Positions 11,309-22,600 of a DNA stretch of 34,143 nt are shown here, piece after piece. This stretch comes from Hyphochytrium catenoides (taxonomy: Eukaryota > Protista > Hyphochytriomycota): contig FLMG01000629.1 of NCBI GenBank assembly GCA_900088475.1, positions 1 through 34,143 on the forward strand, written 5' to 3'. Under the pieces are notes generated by a model. That model ran no database searches. It was not told the DNA's origin and was given only the letters and a program-made list of their open reading frames with translations. Every line of letters starts with the position of its first letter. Position 1 is the stretch's first letter. A program made the translations under genes and the position numbers.

Positions 11309-13507
11309 ATGATACAAATTTCTATCACTATAGGAAATCTTCTTGCTTGGTGGGGAATTCTCATCGTACTGCTGGCAGCTGTCTTTAGCGGATACTTTAG
11401 CCGCCGCACTTGTGGGCCAACGATCCTGGAGAGCGCGTGGCTCACTTATGCCTGTCCATCGCATTCTGGAACAATACTTACACCAAAGTCAACAGAGGAG
11501 GTGGCCAAGATCGTCAGCCATGCGTTAAATCGATGTCAGAGACCGCTCAGTATCCCCGCGTCGAGGCAATTCTTTCACAGCAGCTCAGCCTTTCCTTGTG
11601 TAGATCCTGATGAGGCAGCAGAATGTGCCATTCAACTGAATATGCAGGAGATGAACAAGATTGCAGCTACGGCGAAGATGATGAGACCGTAACGGTACAA
11701 CCCGGAATTGATCTGATGATTTACTAGAGGCTCTCCACGATCGCAATCAAGCTATCACCTACGAGGTCATTTACGAGGTTGACAGTAGGAGGACTATCCT
11801 GTCTGGTGCTTATGGCAGCTCCCGGAAGGTCCCTCAGAACTTGGCCACTTGGTCAAGTGCATCACATTCGTGGGCGGGCAGGGCAAAATCCGTTCGACTC
11901 ATGACACCAAGACCTTCATTGGGTCCCTGGGGATGTTGGGAATAGTAACGGAGATCACTCTTGCCACTGTCCCGCAGTACAAGCTCAGCCTTACGGTCAC
12001 CAACGACTATGACGATAATCTTCTTGCAGATCGGATTCCTGCCTTACTGAGTGACCCAAGCTTCTCAAGAGTTATGTGGTACCCCAACGCCCATACTGCT
12101 CTAACTAAGTGGCACACAATTCTTCCGCCCGATGCCCCAGGAAGCGTTCGACACAGCTTCTTCTTGGACAACCGTATCTGGGCTTCAGTAGGAGGACACA
12201 TTGGTTTGGCAATTGACCAGATAAATCTCACACCGTTTCCGTCTGACAAGATGATACTCATGTTCATGAAACATCATCCTCCATTCTTCTACACTGACGA
12301 GAGATCCCACCTGTGGTCCGGACTGAATAAGACACATGTTGGATGGAGCCATCCGCTTGCGGGCTCAAGTTGCCTAGCGACTTCTTGGGGATGCTACTGG
12401 AGAAACCAAGTCCAGCAACTGGTAGAGATGGATATGGACGTTGCTGTACTTCCTGACTGGATAAGGGAGATGCGAGTGCTGATGGATAAGGTGGAAGACC
12501 ACGGCTGTCTGCCCTTTCTCGTGGGTTTTGCAATGCGGTTCGGACATGCGTCTGAAGCGCCGTTGGACATGGCTTATGGCAGAGATACCGTCTATATTGA
12601 CATGCTTATTGCCAAGGCATAGCAAGCTTACCAGCCCACCATCAGAGCACGATTGATGAGATTGAGCAAGGTGGAATATCCAGGGAGGGATTTTAGGTTT
12701 TCATGGCGCGGTTGTAGGATGGGGGGGCTGACCTCCTCCGTCACTTCCAGATTTCCTCGGTCAGCCTCCCGCCGCCTGCTCAAAATCTAGACACAGCGGC
12801 AACAGATAGAAGAAGCACAGCTGACTAGACCTATGCGCTGCCGCAGAACAGTCAACCGCGCCCCCGTCCATCGATGCGGCTTTCTTGGACCAATGCTAGA
12901 GGTGGATGATAGTAGGTATTTAGTTATGTAGGTGAGGTGGTAAGGAGTGCGTACCTTAACGCTTAGTTCTTGGTAGTTAGTGAGTTAGGACACGGCTACT
13001 ACTTATTATGCGCCTTGCCAAGAGCCTCCCTTCGCTTGATTCAGCCAGGCGGTACGGAAAGGTCCCAGCAGGCTAGTAATCTCAGACGCCGTGTGACCCC
13101 CCATTCAGAGGCTTATACATCTTTCCGCTCTTAGCTTGTCACGACATCCGGGTGAGCAGAAGGAAAATAACGTTCTGTAAGTATGGGGCAAGGCCGCACT
13201 GGGGAAAAAACAAAGAGCGCATCTTCCTCAACCCAAGGTGTCCAGTCCGTGACAAGTACCCCAAGCTACAGGAGTTCTTGGTGCTTGCAAAAGAAAGCAA
13301 CCCGGGAGAGATCTTCAAGTCAGCGCTGTTTATGCAGATAGAGAAAGGGAAGAAGTATGACCTTTTCCCAGGATGTGTATCTGCAGACAAATGCTATTGC
13401 GAAGAAGCAGACATTGTGGGCCGTCTTGGCTGTATGAATGTGTCAGAGGCGGCAAGATTGATAAGACACTATCGGTATGTCATCAAAAGTATGGCCGACG
13501 AGGGTAA
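11309..13507 (+). pseudogene. Plant-type L-gulonolactone oxidase (FAD-linked, ALO family) pseudogene, apparently intronless
   Basis: Hydrophobic N-terminus; motifs PKSTEEV..HSS, VTVQPG, LTVGG, GSLGMLGIVTEITL, MRF, VYID and IDEIEQ/ITFCKYGARPHWGKN; Cys-rich tail (PGCVSADKCYC..HCG...C...VC). Frameshifts at ~11665-11850, ~12620 and ~13408, plus a 497-bp insertion. Confidence 0.85.
12670..13166 (+). mobile_element. Copy A: 497-bp non-autonomous element inserted in the oxidase ORF; no TIRs, no TSD (at most AA)
   Basis: Removing 12670-13166 restores GAG ATT GAG CAA|ATA ACG TTC TGT AAG TAT GGG (EIEQ-ITFC-KYG), the spacing expected for this family. The GT donor at 12671 has no nearby AG acceptor that restores the frame. 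Two related copies lie at 5.6-7.15 kb. Confidence 0.85.
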
Positions 13508-14481
13508 GGCTATAAGCTTCCACTTCGCTCCGTTCAATCCGTTTATAACCATGTACTAGATACATATGTCTGCAAGGTCATAGATATAGGGTCAATCGCG
13601 ATGTAGCATTCCCTCGCTCCATGGAAAACATAACTAGAAAATAGTGAGCACGCATCACCTGCATTATTGCGAGGAGCTGCATGTTGATCCTCATGCCTCC
13701 TCTCAAGCCGCTCAGCCGAGAGGAGTGTTCGATGTTCCGCTAGAAAGCTTTGACGCAGAACCTTGGAAATTGTCCAGGATTGTCGAGTCTCGTCTTCCTC
13801 AATAGCATTGCAGCCAATCAAAAGGATATCTGACATTGGTGAACGAGAGAAGACCCAACCGACAAAGTTGGGCAATGCTCAACGACCGCTAATCTATTAT
13901 CTCCCTCGCTCTTGTCCTCCGGGTAGAACAGTAGGAGATATTGTGCCCGAACCAAGCTCACCTCCGGCTACGGAGAGACGACCCTGATACCGGCCTGATA
14001 ATCAAACGGAGAGGTCGACCGCGCTAGCCTTGTCACCAGATTCTCTAACTAAGGCGAACTGCTTGGTAAGGCGGGGGTCAATCTCGTTAGGTAGCTTCTC
14101 AACTCTGTGGACAGAGACTGACCAAGCATGTGTTTAGCGGCCTTGCTAGTAGCCAATACAGAGTAGGATAGTGGGAAGAGCTCTCCTGGTGGCGTGGAGC
14201 ACGGTAATGCCTGTTAAGCGGCCCCAGTGTTCGCGCTGCTGAATGTGTATGCTGCCTCCACATTTCTATAAATTAACCCTGACAAATACATCTGAGAGAA
14301 GGTGACACAAGGAGAGGAAATCGTGGGATATGCTATTGAAAGCAGAAGGTTCAGATGAAGAAGAATACCATGAGAGGGAGAAGAAGCGACGAACGGGCAA
14401 GGCCATAGACGAAAAGAAGCCGTGCTTCATTAATCAGCATAGCAGTAGAACACTATTGGTGTTATTCACTGCTGCTCCCTT

Positions 14482-17400
14482 CTACATGGAAGCAACCATA
14501 CGCGAGAGCAGTGCCCCTTGTGTTCTATCCAGGACAACTTTCACGAAGCTATCGTCAGGATCTCCCTCCTCAAGCACTGACAAATCCGCGGGTATGAGCT
14601 GTAGGCCAATCTCGCCTTGTTCCTTGTGTGTATAGATGCGAAGACCGACAATGGCAACGCTGTCCTCGTTGTCTCTGCACGCCTCATCATGCTCCTCCTC
14701 CCCTTCAGCCCCTTCAGCATTCCCAGCCTCTTCCTCCTCCTCAGCCTGACAGATTTCTTGCCCATCTTCTTCCTCTGGCTCCTCGCTCGATGGATCATCT
14801 TCTTCTCCATAGTGCTCAATTTTTGTCATCATTACCTCGGGATCTTCCTCCTCACTGCAAAGGGCTCTGGAGTAGATATAGTCGTAACTCCTGGCGACCT
14901 GCATGAACTTATCAGACTTCAGCCAGGACTGACTTCCGGCCTGAGCGATGAACTCAGATTGAGTGGGCCTGTCTGTCTGCACACGTGCGATCTTGTATGA
15001 TACAATCCACGTCCCCGAACCCAGGGTTAGTTCCAGGTTCACGCTCCGTTCAGGTCGTAGAGACTGGGTGCGGGCGAAGTAGGAGTTTGACCCTTCCTTG
15101 CGGAGCCTGAAGTTGAGCACAAACTCGTACTGTCCTTCAAGCCCCCTAAAGTAGCGACTGTCGGCCTATTTAGATGGACAAACAAAGCAATAAAAGGCAA
15201 CAGGAAGGAGCAAAGTAAAGGATGAAGAGGTTAGTCCTCAGCAGCTGAAAAATGTTCACGTACTGACAGAGCTATCAATATGAGAGAGCTGTGCTGGTGG
15301 TGGAAGTGGACAGTACCTGTTGCAACACAATGACGACGGGCCCTTTTTGGGCGAGCTGGAAGGAGAACTCCTGCTCAGCGAAGCGAGCAGGCCAGAAGAC
15401 GGGTTCATGAGTCCACATCTGTGACACCGACCACTGCGGAGAGAATATCCTTGTTCTTTCAATATAATCGAAGGATGCCAGCATGTCTTCGACTAAACGA
15501 GCGTTATTTAGACGCAAGGCGATTGTAAGAAGTTACTCAGACGTCCGCATAGACGACAAGCAAGACTTACAGGTCATCCAAAACGCTCCATCATCCCCAA
15601 AGCGGTGATTGAGAAGAGTCATCCACTCGGCAGTCCACTCCGCGGACCCATCGCTCCAAGGCCCGTTCCACTCTGAAGCTCCCCAAGGGTTTCTAAGAGA
15701 AGTTGGCACACGTTATTTATAACAACAAGAAGACGTGTGAATGGCAAGGTGAGCCGAAGTTCATAGATAACAGATGAAGGAGAGATTTCTCAGGAAGAGG
15801 ACGACAGATGGCTCCTCAAACAGGCACGTGAACTCACCTTATTTGCACCATCCGTTTACCATTCACTTCCACCGCACGAAGGACTGAATAGGCATGACCT
15901 GAAATGAGTCCGTTCTCGAACTCTTCTTCTTGCCCACCGCGTTTGCTGCATGCAAATAGAAGCTCCTGATTTGCTTTCAGTAGCTCCTCTTTCCAAAAGT
16001 GGTCGCGATCGAGGATATCTTCAACCAAAAGGAAAGACGTGACTCCGCCCGTCAGGTCTTCAACCCCTTCACTAAGAGTAGAGAGAAGGGTCAGCACAGC
16101 CTCAGGAATGGGAATGAATAAAAAGAAATGAGGACGTGCTGAGCGCATACCCGGTAAGGCCACCTTCAATGGCGCTGTAGTCTCCGTGAGCCTTCGCATA
16201 GGCCTTCTCAAGCAAGGGGAGCCACGTCTCGTTTGAATCGTCACACTTCCCATAGAGCAGTGCCTGGGAACCCTTACGTAGCGCTTTGTCGTACTGGCTT
16301 TCAGACTTGAAGGCAGCCTTGAGGACAGGATTGGCCTCTGAAAACTTAGGGTGTACAAGTGCCAATTGGTCGTCGATCACTTCGGAGATCCACTCGCCAT
16401 CTAAAGTACATAGGCCACAAAGATATTAGCAGGCAAGGGACAAAGCTGTTAGCAGGCAAGGGACTTCCTCTAAGGCTAAGAGGTATACATAGCTCCCCAT
16501 CCCAGACTATCATGGCCAGTGGTGAAGGAGAGAGGAGTGGAGTCTACCGAGGAGAGGAACAGTAAAGATCAGTGGAAACACAAGGGTGTCAATCACTCGG
16601 ACGGCGATCTTGACTCGTTTCCCGTACCTCTGAAAAAGATAAAGCCATAGACTCCAACCTCTGTATGATGGGAAGGTACAATCACATTGTTAGCGCAACT
16701 ATGCCAGCCATCATCGAACCTAGAAGGTGGCAAGCATGAAAAACACATGGGAAGAAGCCATCACCGGATAAAGCAGGGTGGTGGAGAACGCAGCGCAGAC
16801 TTTCAGGACTGTTCGACTCTACTACTTACTCTCATCTCTAGCTACACAGATGCTCTCAAGGAGAGAAGGGACGTTAACAATCGTTGCAACCGCCGCCAGA
16901 AACCAGCAGTCACCAGTAGACCCTTGCTTGATATCCTGAGATTCTACGCCGTCAACGATAAAGCGTGGCTTATCGAAGATATCCTGTCGTGGGCAGGTCG
17001 CAGTTAGCGTTCTAAATATTTTAAGCTGTCTTGAAAGTGTGAGAAGTGGGATCGCTATGAGCGTGAAAGTCTTTAGTAAGGAGAAAAGCTTACCCCGACA
17101 CGTTTGCAGTCATGAGGCACACCCGACTCCGCACTGGTAAGACCGTAGAGACAGTACGACGGTGCCATGCTCAGGTCAAAGTGAGGATCGCGGTACTTCC
17201 TGTTGTTCATGCGACATTCCTTTGATATCTTAGCGACTTTTTCCTGGCAGATCTTGATGGCCTCGTCTCTCCCGGATGTCGCAAGAATGCTCTTAGGGTG
17301 CTCCTGCTGATGATGGCCCTTGACGGCCACCTGGTGCTGGCTACCTCCATTCACAGAGTCCAGAAATGCCCAGACAGTCTTCGTCAGGGCAGGAAGGCCT

Positions 17401-17522
17401 GTAGATTTTGAGCGCGATCCACTCTCGTTCTTTCCGTTGTCAGCCTCTCTGTCCAGGTACTTTGCTGGAGGCACCTCCTTTTCATCCTTCTTCTTGTTAC
17501 GCTTCTTCGCTAGCAGAACCAT
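14482..17522 (-). CDS. Calpain-like cysteine protease (peptidase C2/CysPc), 8 exons, ~693 aa
   Basis: Exons 17522-17094, 16983-16830, 16660-16628, 16400-16151, 16071-15838, 15692-15571, 15492-15317 and 15165-14482 are all GT-AG and phase-consistent. The catalytic triad motifs QGSTGDCWFLAA, GHAYSVL and RNPWG are intact, as is LLEKAYAK. Confidence 0.93.
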
Positions 17523-17999
17523 GGCTGTTGGCTATGGGGTGAAGGACCTTTGCTAACTAACAAGAGGGCAAGCGTGGTTGCTGAAGCTCCAGGTAGAATA
17601 ACGAGAGAGGTTTCACTGCTGCGATTCAGCTCCCGAAGGAAAATCCTGGAATGACGACTTGAGAAAGGCAGGCTCTGGCAAGGGGCTCAGCTCCGTCAAG
17701 TGTTCCTCTCGTGCTGTACAAGTGCTGCTGCCTCTTTCAGACGACAAATAGTGTTAGTCATGGCAGATGATGGACCAGTCGATTGAATGACTGCAGGAAC
17801 AGTAGGAAATGTAAGGAGCTCACCCTCCTCGTCGTCTGCTTCGTCCCGGATTTGACCTTGTTTTGATTCTCTCCCTCTTCTTCACAACGCGTATCTAGGT
17901 GAACGACTTTCTTCCCTGTTTTCTCTGACGACCGTTGTGGCTCAAGGACCAACTGTCTCATGAGAAAACGTTAGGGCAGTCATGGTACTCAGCTTGTGG

Positions 18000-18830
18000 C
18001 ACACCCGTGGTGTGACCAAAACAGTCTATGAGGAAAGTAGAGAAGCCTGGAAGAAGTAGTCACCATCCTCGAAGCCACATCATCGCCATCGAGACCTCAT
18101 CCACATCACCCTCATGGGATGATACAACGACGCCTGGTCCAGCGCTGAGGGGCGAACGACTCGCCCACCACGAGCCTATCGTTATATTAGTGGTCTTGTC
18201 CCTCTGGCGGCCGCCGCCTACCTTGCATGAGGAGCGTTGACTGAGGAGGAGAAGCAGTCTTTCTCAGATATTTTCCCATCATTTCTAGACAGTGCACCTA
18301 AGCCCTCCCATGCACTGGCCTCCGCTCCTGGCTGACATGACCGGTGATAGGCTCTGCGTCGACCTGATGAAATTGGTGATAGAAGGCTCCAGGTCGGCGG
18401 GTAGATCTTTCCATGTCTGCTGTGTTCATTACCTGTGATTTTATTGGGCTTTTGGGTAGCGAAGCTGAATAATAGTACGAAGTTCCTAGATAGTTTGGGT
18501 TGTGTGGCCATTGGTTGTGGCCCAGACCTATGGAGACCAAACCTAGACCGGGCTGTCGTGATGACCCACAATGTAGGCGGAGGCCTATCCTGGAAGGCCA
18601 AGGCGTTCCACTTGTTATGTAGTGGTTCTACACCATGAGGATCAACACCGTCTAGGAAACGATGTGGATAAAAAAGGCCCAATGTTCTAATAAATAAGTG
18701 GCATTGTGGCAAACCAGAGTACGCTCGACTGCGGGAACATTGACAAGAGACACCGCGGTTAAAGATTAGGTATCCATACAGCTCGTCCGTATCAGAATGT
18801 GTATCCATCGGCGTACCTTTTAGGCCTGCC
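18000..18830 (-). mobile_element. Decayed Ty3/Gypsy pol relic (RT C-terminus to RNase H)
   Basis: Ordered remnants: QCHLF, HIVS (alternate frame), GVEP..K, RPPPT...RSRFGL (cf. WPxPT..RSFLGL), EASAWEGLGALS (~18290-18322; cf. DASxxGLGAVL). Confidence 0.5.
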
Positions 18831-19511
18831 TTGACCTCGCTGTTGACGCGCCCTAATAAGGTCATGTCTCACACACTCAGTCAGCCAGCGAAACGCTGCT
18901 TTTACTATGCTCAGCGCTCAGCGCCTCCCTGCTTCATGACTCATGACTGCCGACCTGGCACATCTACCTACTTTACGCCCTTGAACTTCAACGACAGCAA
19001 CAGCTCTTCTTCCTCCTTCTGTTCATTATGCGGTATGACAGGCGTACGCTGCATACCGGCTACTGGGGAAGTGAGGAGGCAGAGGGACGAGTAGGTGTGC
19101 TGATTAGGAAATTGCTGGAAGAAGCGGGAGCTTCGGGGAGCAGCAAATTTAGTGCCAGTGATGGTCTGGGGGATGGTGGTCTGTGGGAGCTTCAATGTCT
19201 GCCGTCACCACAACTGCGCCGCCGCTGTCATATCATCGTTATGCTGCCTTCAGTGATTCTATCATTATCACTCGCCCACAAGCGTGCCAAGCATAAAGTC
19301 AACTCATATTTGTGGATCACCGCTGTCTTGTTCTAGCCACAATATTATTCTTCACAGGCTCAGTTTGGTCCCGATAGTCTGTTGTCATCGTGTCGACTCG
19401 TTTCCAGAGACGACAACCAGGATTCCCAGCGCTTCAAGCGGTTGGTAAGACGCGTTCATCTGATGGACCTGTAGTTTGATATTCTGCACTTGCGTCTCAT
19501 CGAGATCTTCG

Positions 19512-19687
19512 ATAAAGATGACTATACCTCGCCAAACCTTGCAGCGCTACCCAGGTAGTTTAGGGACCTTGTAATAAAGATGACTATACCTCGCCAAACC
19601 TTGCAGCGCTACCCAGGGAGTTTAGGAACCTTGTAATAAAGATGACTATACCTCGCCAAACCTTGCAGCGCTACCTAGGGAGTTTAG
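19512..19687. repeat. 62-bp tandem repeat, 2.8 copies, near-identical
   Basis: The unit 'ataaagatgactatacctcgccaaaccttgcagcgctacccaggtagtttagggaccttgta' starts at 19512, 19574 and 19636; about 3 substitutions in total. Confidence 0.95.
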
Positions 19688-22600
19688 TCATTTCGGACTC
19701 GTTAGGTCATCATCTGACTTATTGTTACTAGCCCGCGTGACATAACTAACGTCTACGTGGACCACTTCTGCTGAGAGATCTTAATGATAATGCTAACTAC
19801 TGGGCAGAGTACCTTCATAAGAAGACGCCGGTAGTGTCACATTGAAGGGATTGGAGATTTGAATGGTTGGCGCCACAAAGAGAACCACTCCCAGCGGTGG
19901 GCCTGTTGGCACCTGATCGGTAGTATCATTAGTCTCTTCCTTACTTCGCCCAACGTTGTACTCGTACCCTTCGGGATTCTGGCATTCGATGCTATCCGCC
20001 AGCATGCTCATGCGCGTGACGTGCTTCTTACCATAATGAGGAGGAGGATAAGGCCCGGAGACCAGGAGCAGCAGTCACAAAACCTAGTCTCATGCGAGGA
20101 GGAGAGGAGCATCAAGCGGGGATCGCTACCACCACGCGTGTATTTTCAGCACAATAGGTCAGCTCCATGAAGGATAAACAATAGGACCTTGTCGCTGCGG
20201 TTCCGGGAGTCTTCAAATCATATAACAAACGGCCATAAGTGAAAGGTGCTCAGCAAAGAAAGGTGTTTCCCCTTCTGCTTTTCTGATGTATGTTCTGATG
20301 TTCTGATACCCTCTTTGTCCTAGAAAGAGACTACTCTACTACTTCTTCTAACTACCAACGCACAATGACCTTCAAAGAGCAAGAATACGCTTATCATGAT
20401 GCAACGAGCTCCTGTACACCATGGAAGAAGATTGAAGAAATGATGTGACTGACACGCTCTCTCCATCGCGGCTAGCTTTCTATTCATGGTACATTATTTC
20501 GAGATATCATTCTCTGCCAGTAAATGTAGACCAACGAGGAGTGATAACCCATTATTGAGCTCTCCTATTCGCACTTCCCCTGTATCTTATGTAGACGGTT
20601 TTCTAATGGACTACTACTATTTCACAGAGGATCTCCGCCAGTCTGCAGTACAGCTCCTGCTAGACACCTTGGAGCCAAATTGTCAGCCGGTGATGCCACT
20701 GTTACATCTATCCCCCATCACGGAGCTACCTTGCGGTGACAGGCTCTTCTTCACTTCCTCGTGATAAGGTGCTTTCAAACTCGATCCTGTACTTATCTTT
20801 TTCTTCTAAGGAACATCGTTACCGCTGCCAGCAGATGAGACACCCTCCCCATAGAGTTAACCGTCGTATTGCCTGGTGACGGGTCTTCGCTCTCATTTTC
20901 CATAATGATAAGGCGCTTCCGAACCCCACAGTGTAAAGAGCGCATACTCTTCCAGCAGGTACGACTATCATCATTCAAGGGGTGTAATAGTGCAAGGAGG
21001 TGATCGTTTGATCCAGTGAACTCCTTTTCATAGATCTACTTTGCAAAAGTTGACGAAAATCTCAGAAGACCAAGACCTTTTACGTAGTCGAGTCTGTAGG
21101 CCCAACACCCAGGATCGCTGCTCGTTTATCTGAATAACCCTGTTCCTCTATAAATCACCGGTCTACCGCATCCTGAATGGCCGTAGATTTGCTGCACTAC
21201 TTCTGTTGCTACCTTCATAGACTAAAATGAACTCGAGGAGTTAAGAGTAAGTGCAGAGACAGGTCCAGCGATTCTGGCGACCACAGCTCCTCGGTGGAGG
21301 ACCTTCGGATGAGGTCTTTGGGCTCTTCGCTCTCAATATGTTCCTCCTGCGGGCTCACTCAGTGCACAGGCTCCCTATTTGTACTGCTCTGTGATGTCAT
21401 CAAGCAAGAAACACCGCCATCACTAGGATAGATACTACTCGGCGTAAGGCAGCTGTTTTTTATAGAGCATGCTTTGACAGGTTGCCATTGTTGTGGACGT
21501 TGACATGGTTCTACTCGTGACAGATAAAGCCTCTTCAATTCGTAACTTCTACTTCTATATCGCGAACGACCTCATAGGACCCGCATAAACAACGAAACAA
21601 GGAAACAGCACTTTGCGACGGGTTTGATGTGAAGCGGCATCGACACCATTCTCCTCCAGAGAGGAGGGGAGGGAAGGATGCGTTAACGTGAGGATGGGCA
21701 GGCAAAAGAGTGATGCATGCTTCACATTGGTAGAAGGAAGTTAGAACTAAATGAGACAGGAAATCCTACGACTGTAGACAAATCTAGACACTCCCCGGCA
21801 TGACAAAACTAATAAGGGCAAACGCCAGTTGTACGGACGATGTTATCTGATGTTTGATCACGAGAACTATCAGCATCAGCAATAGTTAGGCATGGCACTC
21901 GACGACAGTTCCTAGAGCGCCTAGATTTACGAGGAGCGTAGTGAGGTGTTGTCTATGATCTCAACTCTTAGTACAGGCGGAGGAACACGCGGAGGGAAGT
22001 TTATGAGCTCTTGTCTAAATAATGGCTATGTTCCATAAAACTACATGTTATTAGGCTTGTGAACTGTGAACACTCTTCCCTTTGTCTACTACAGCAGATG
22101 TCAAAGCTAATAATACAGTAGACCTGGCACCGCTTGCTACAGCAGATTCTCCTGCCGAACAAGCAGGAGGAGGAGTTCCTCCTTTGTCTCCCAAGTTCAG
22201 CTGCTGCCCCAGCTTGATACACCTCAGGTTCTTCAACAAACGCTTGTTCCTGGTTACGTTAGAACACCGACAGCTCTCCTCAACAACTGGCTTGCCTTGC
22301 CTTCAGACGCCGGTAATAAATCTTTCTCTCCTAAAAGGACACCTGTGAACGGTGACGTGAAGTTAAGGTTAGAGTAAAAGCTGTCACTAGCTTCGTCGTA
22401 GAAGCCAAAGTATGTGCTTCCAGAAGTTCTGTTATCAAGCGACAACTAGCAAGACTTATTCTAAAACAAAGATCAGGAACTCATTGGACAGCGGGGCTGG
22501 TTAGGCCAAGTGCAATCCTTCTTAATCTAGCCTTACACATAGCTCTCCCTAGGCGGGTGGGCGGCCTTCGGCATGACAGCAAGACTAAGACCAAATGAGT

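Noticed and set aside
12670-12760. tRNA-derived SINE head for the element
   Set aside because: No convincing B box (GTTCRA) or cloverleaf, and no TSD or poly-A tail at the precisely defined insertion.
12671-13162. Insertion in the oxidase as a spliceosomal intron
   Set aside because: GT at 12671 paired with the nearby AGs (ending 13159 or 13162) gives an immediate stop. Related copies also occur outside genes.
13543-13875. Minus-strand ORF with DILLIG, possible Copia RT remnant
   Set aside because: A single short motif with no ordered supporting motifs.
14541-15000. Overlapping ORFs 14541-14819, 14617-15000 and 14628-14906
   Set aside because: Alternative-frame or antisense shadows of the acidic last exon of the calpain.
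19512-19687. CRISPR-like array
   Set aside because: Head-to-tail identical units without unique spacers, eukaryotic context and no cas genes.
20760-21240. Minus-strand IYGHSGCGR, Walker-A-like
   Set aside because: Lacks the GK[ST] lysine, is surrounded by stops and has no Walker B evidence.
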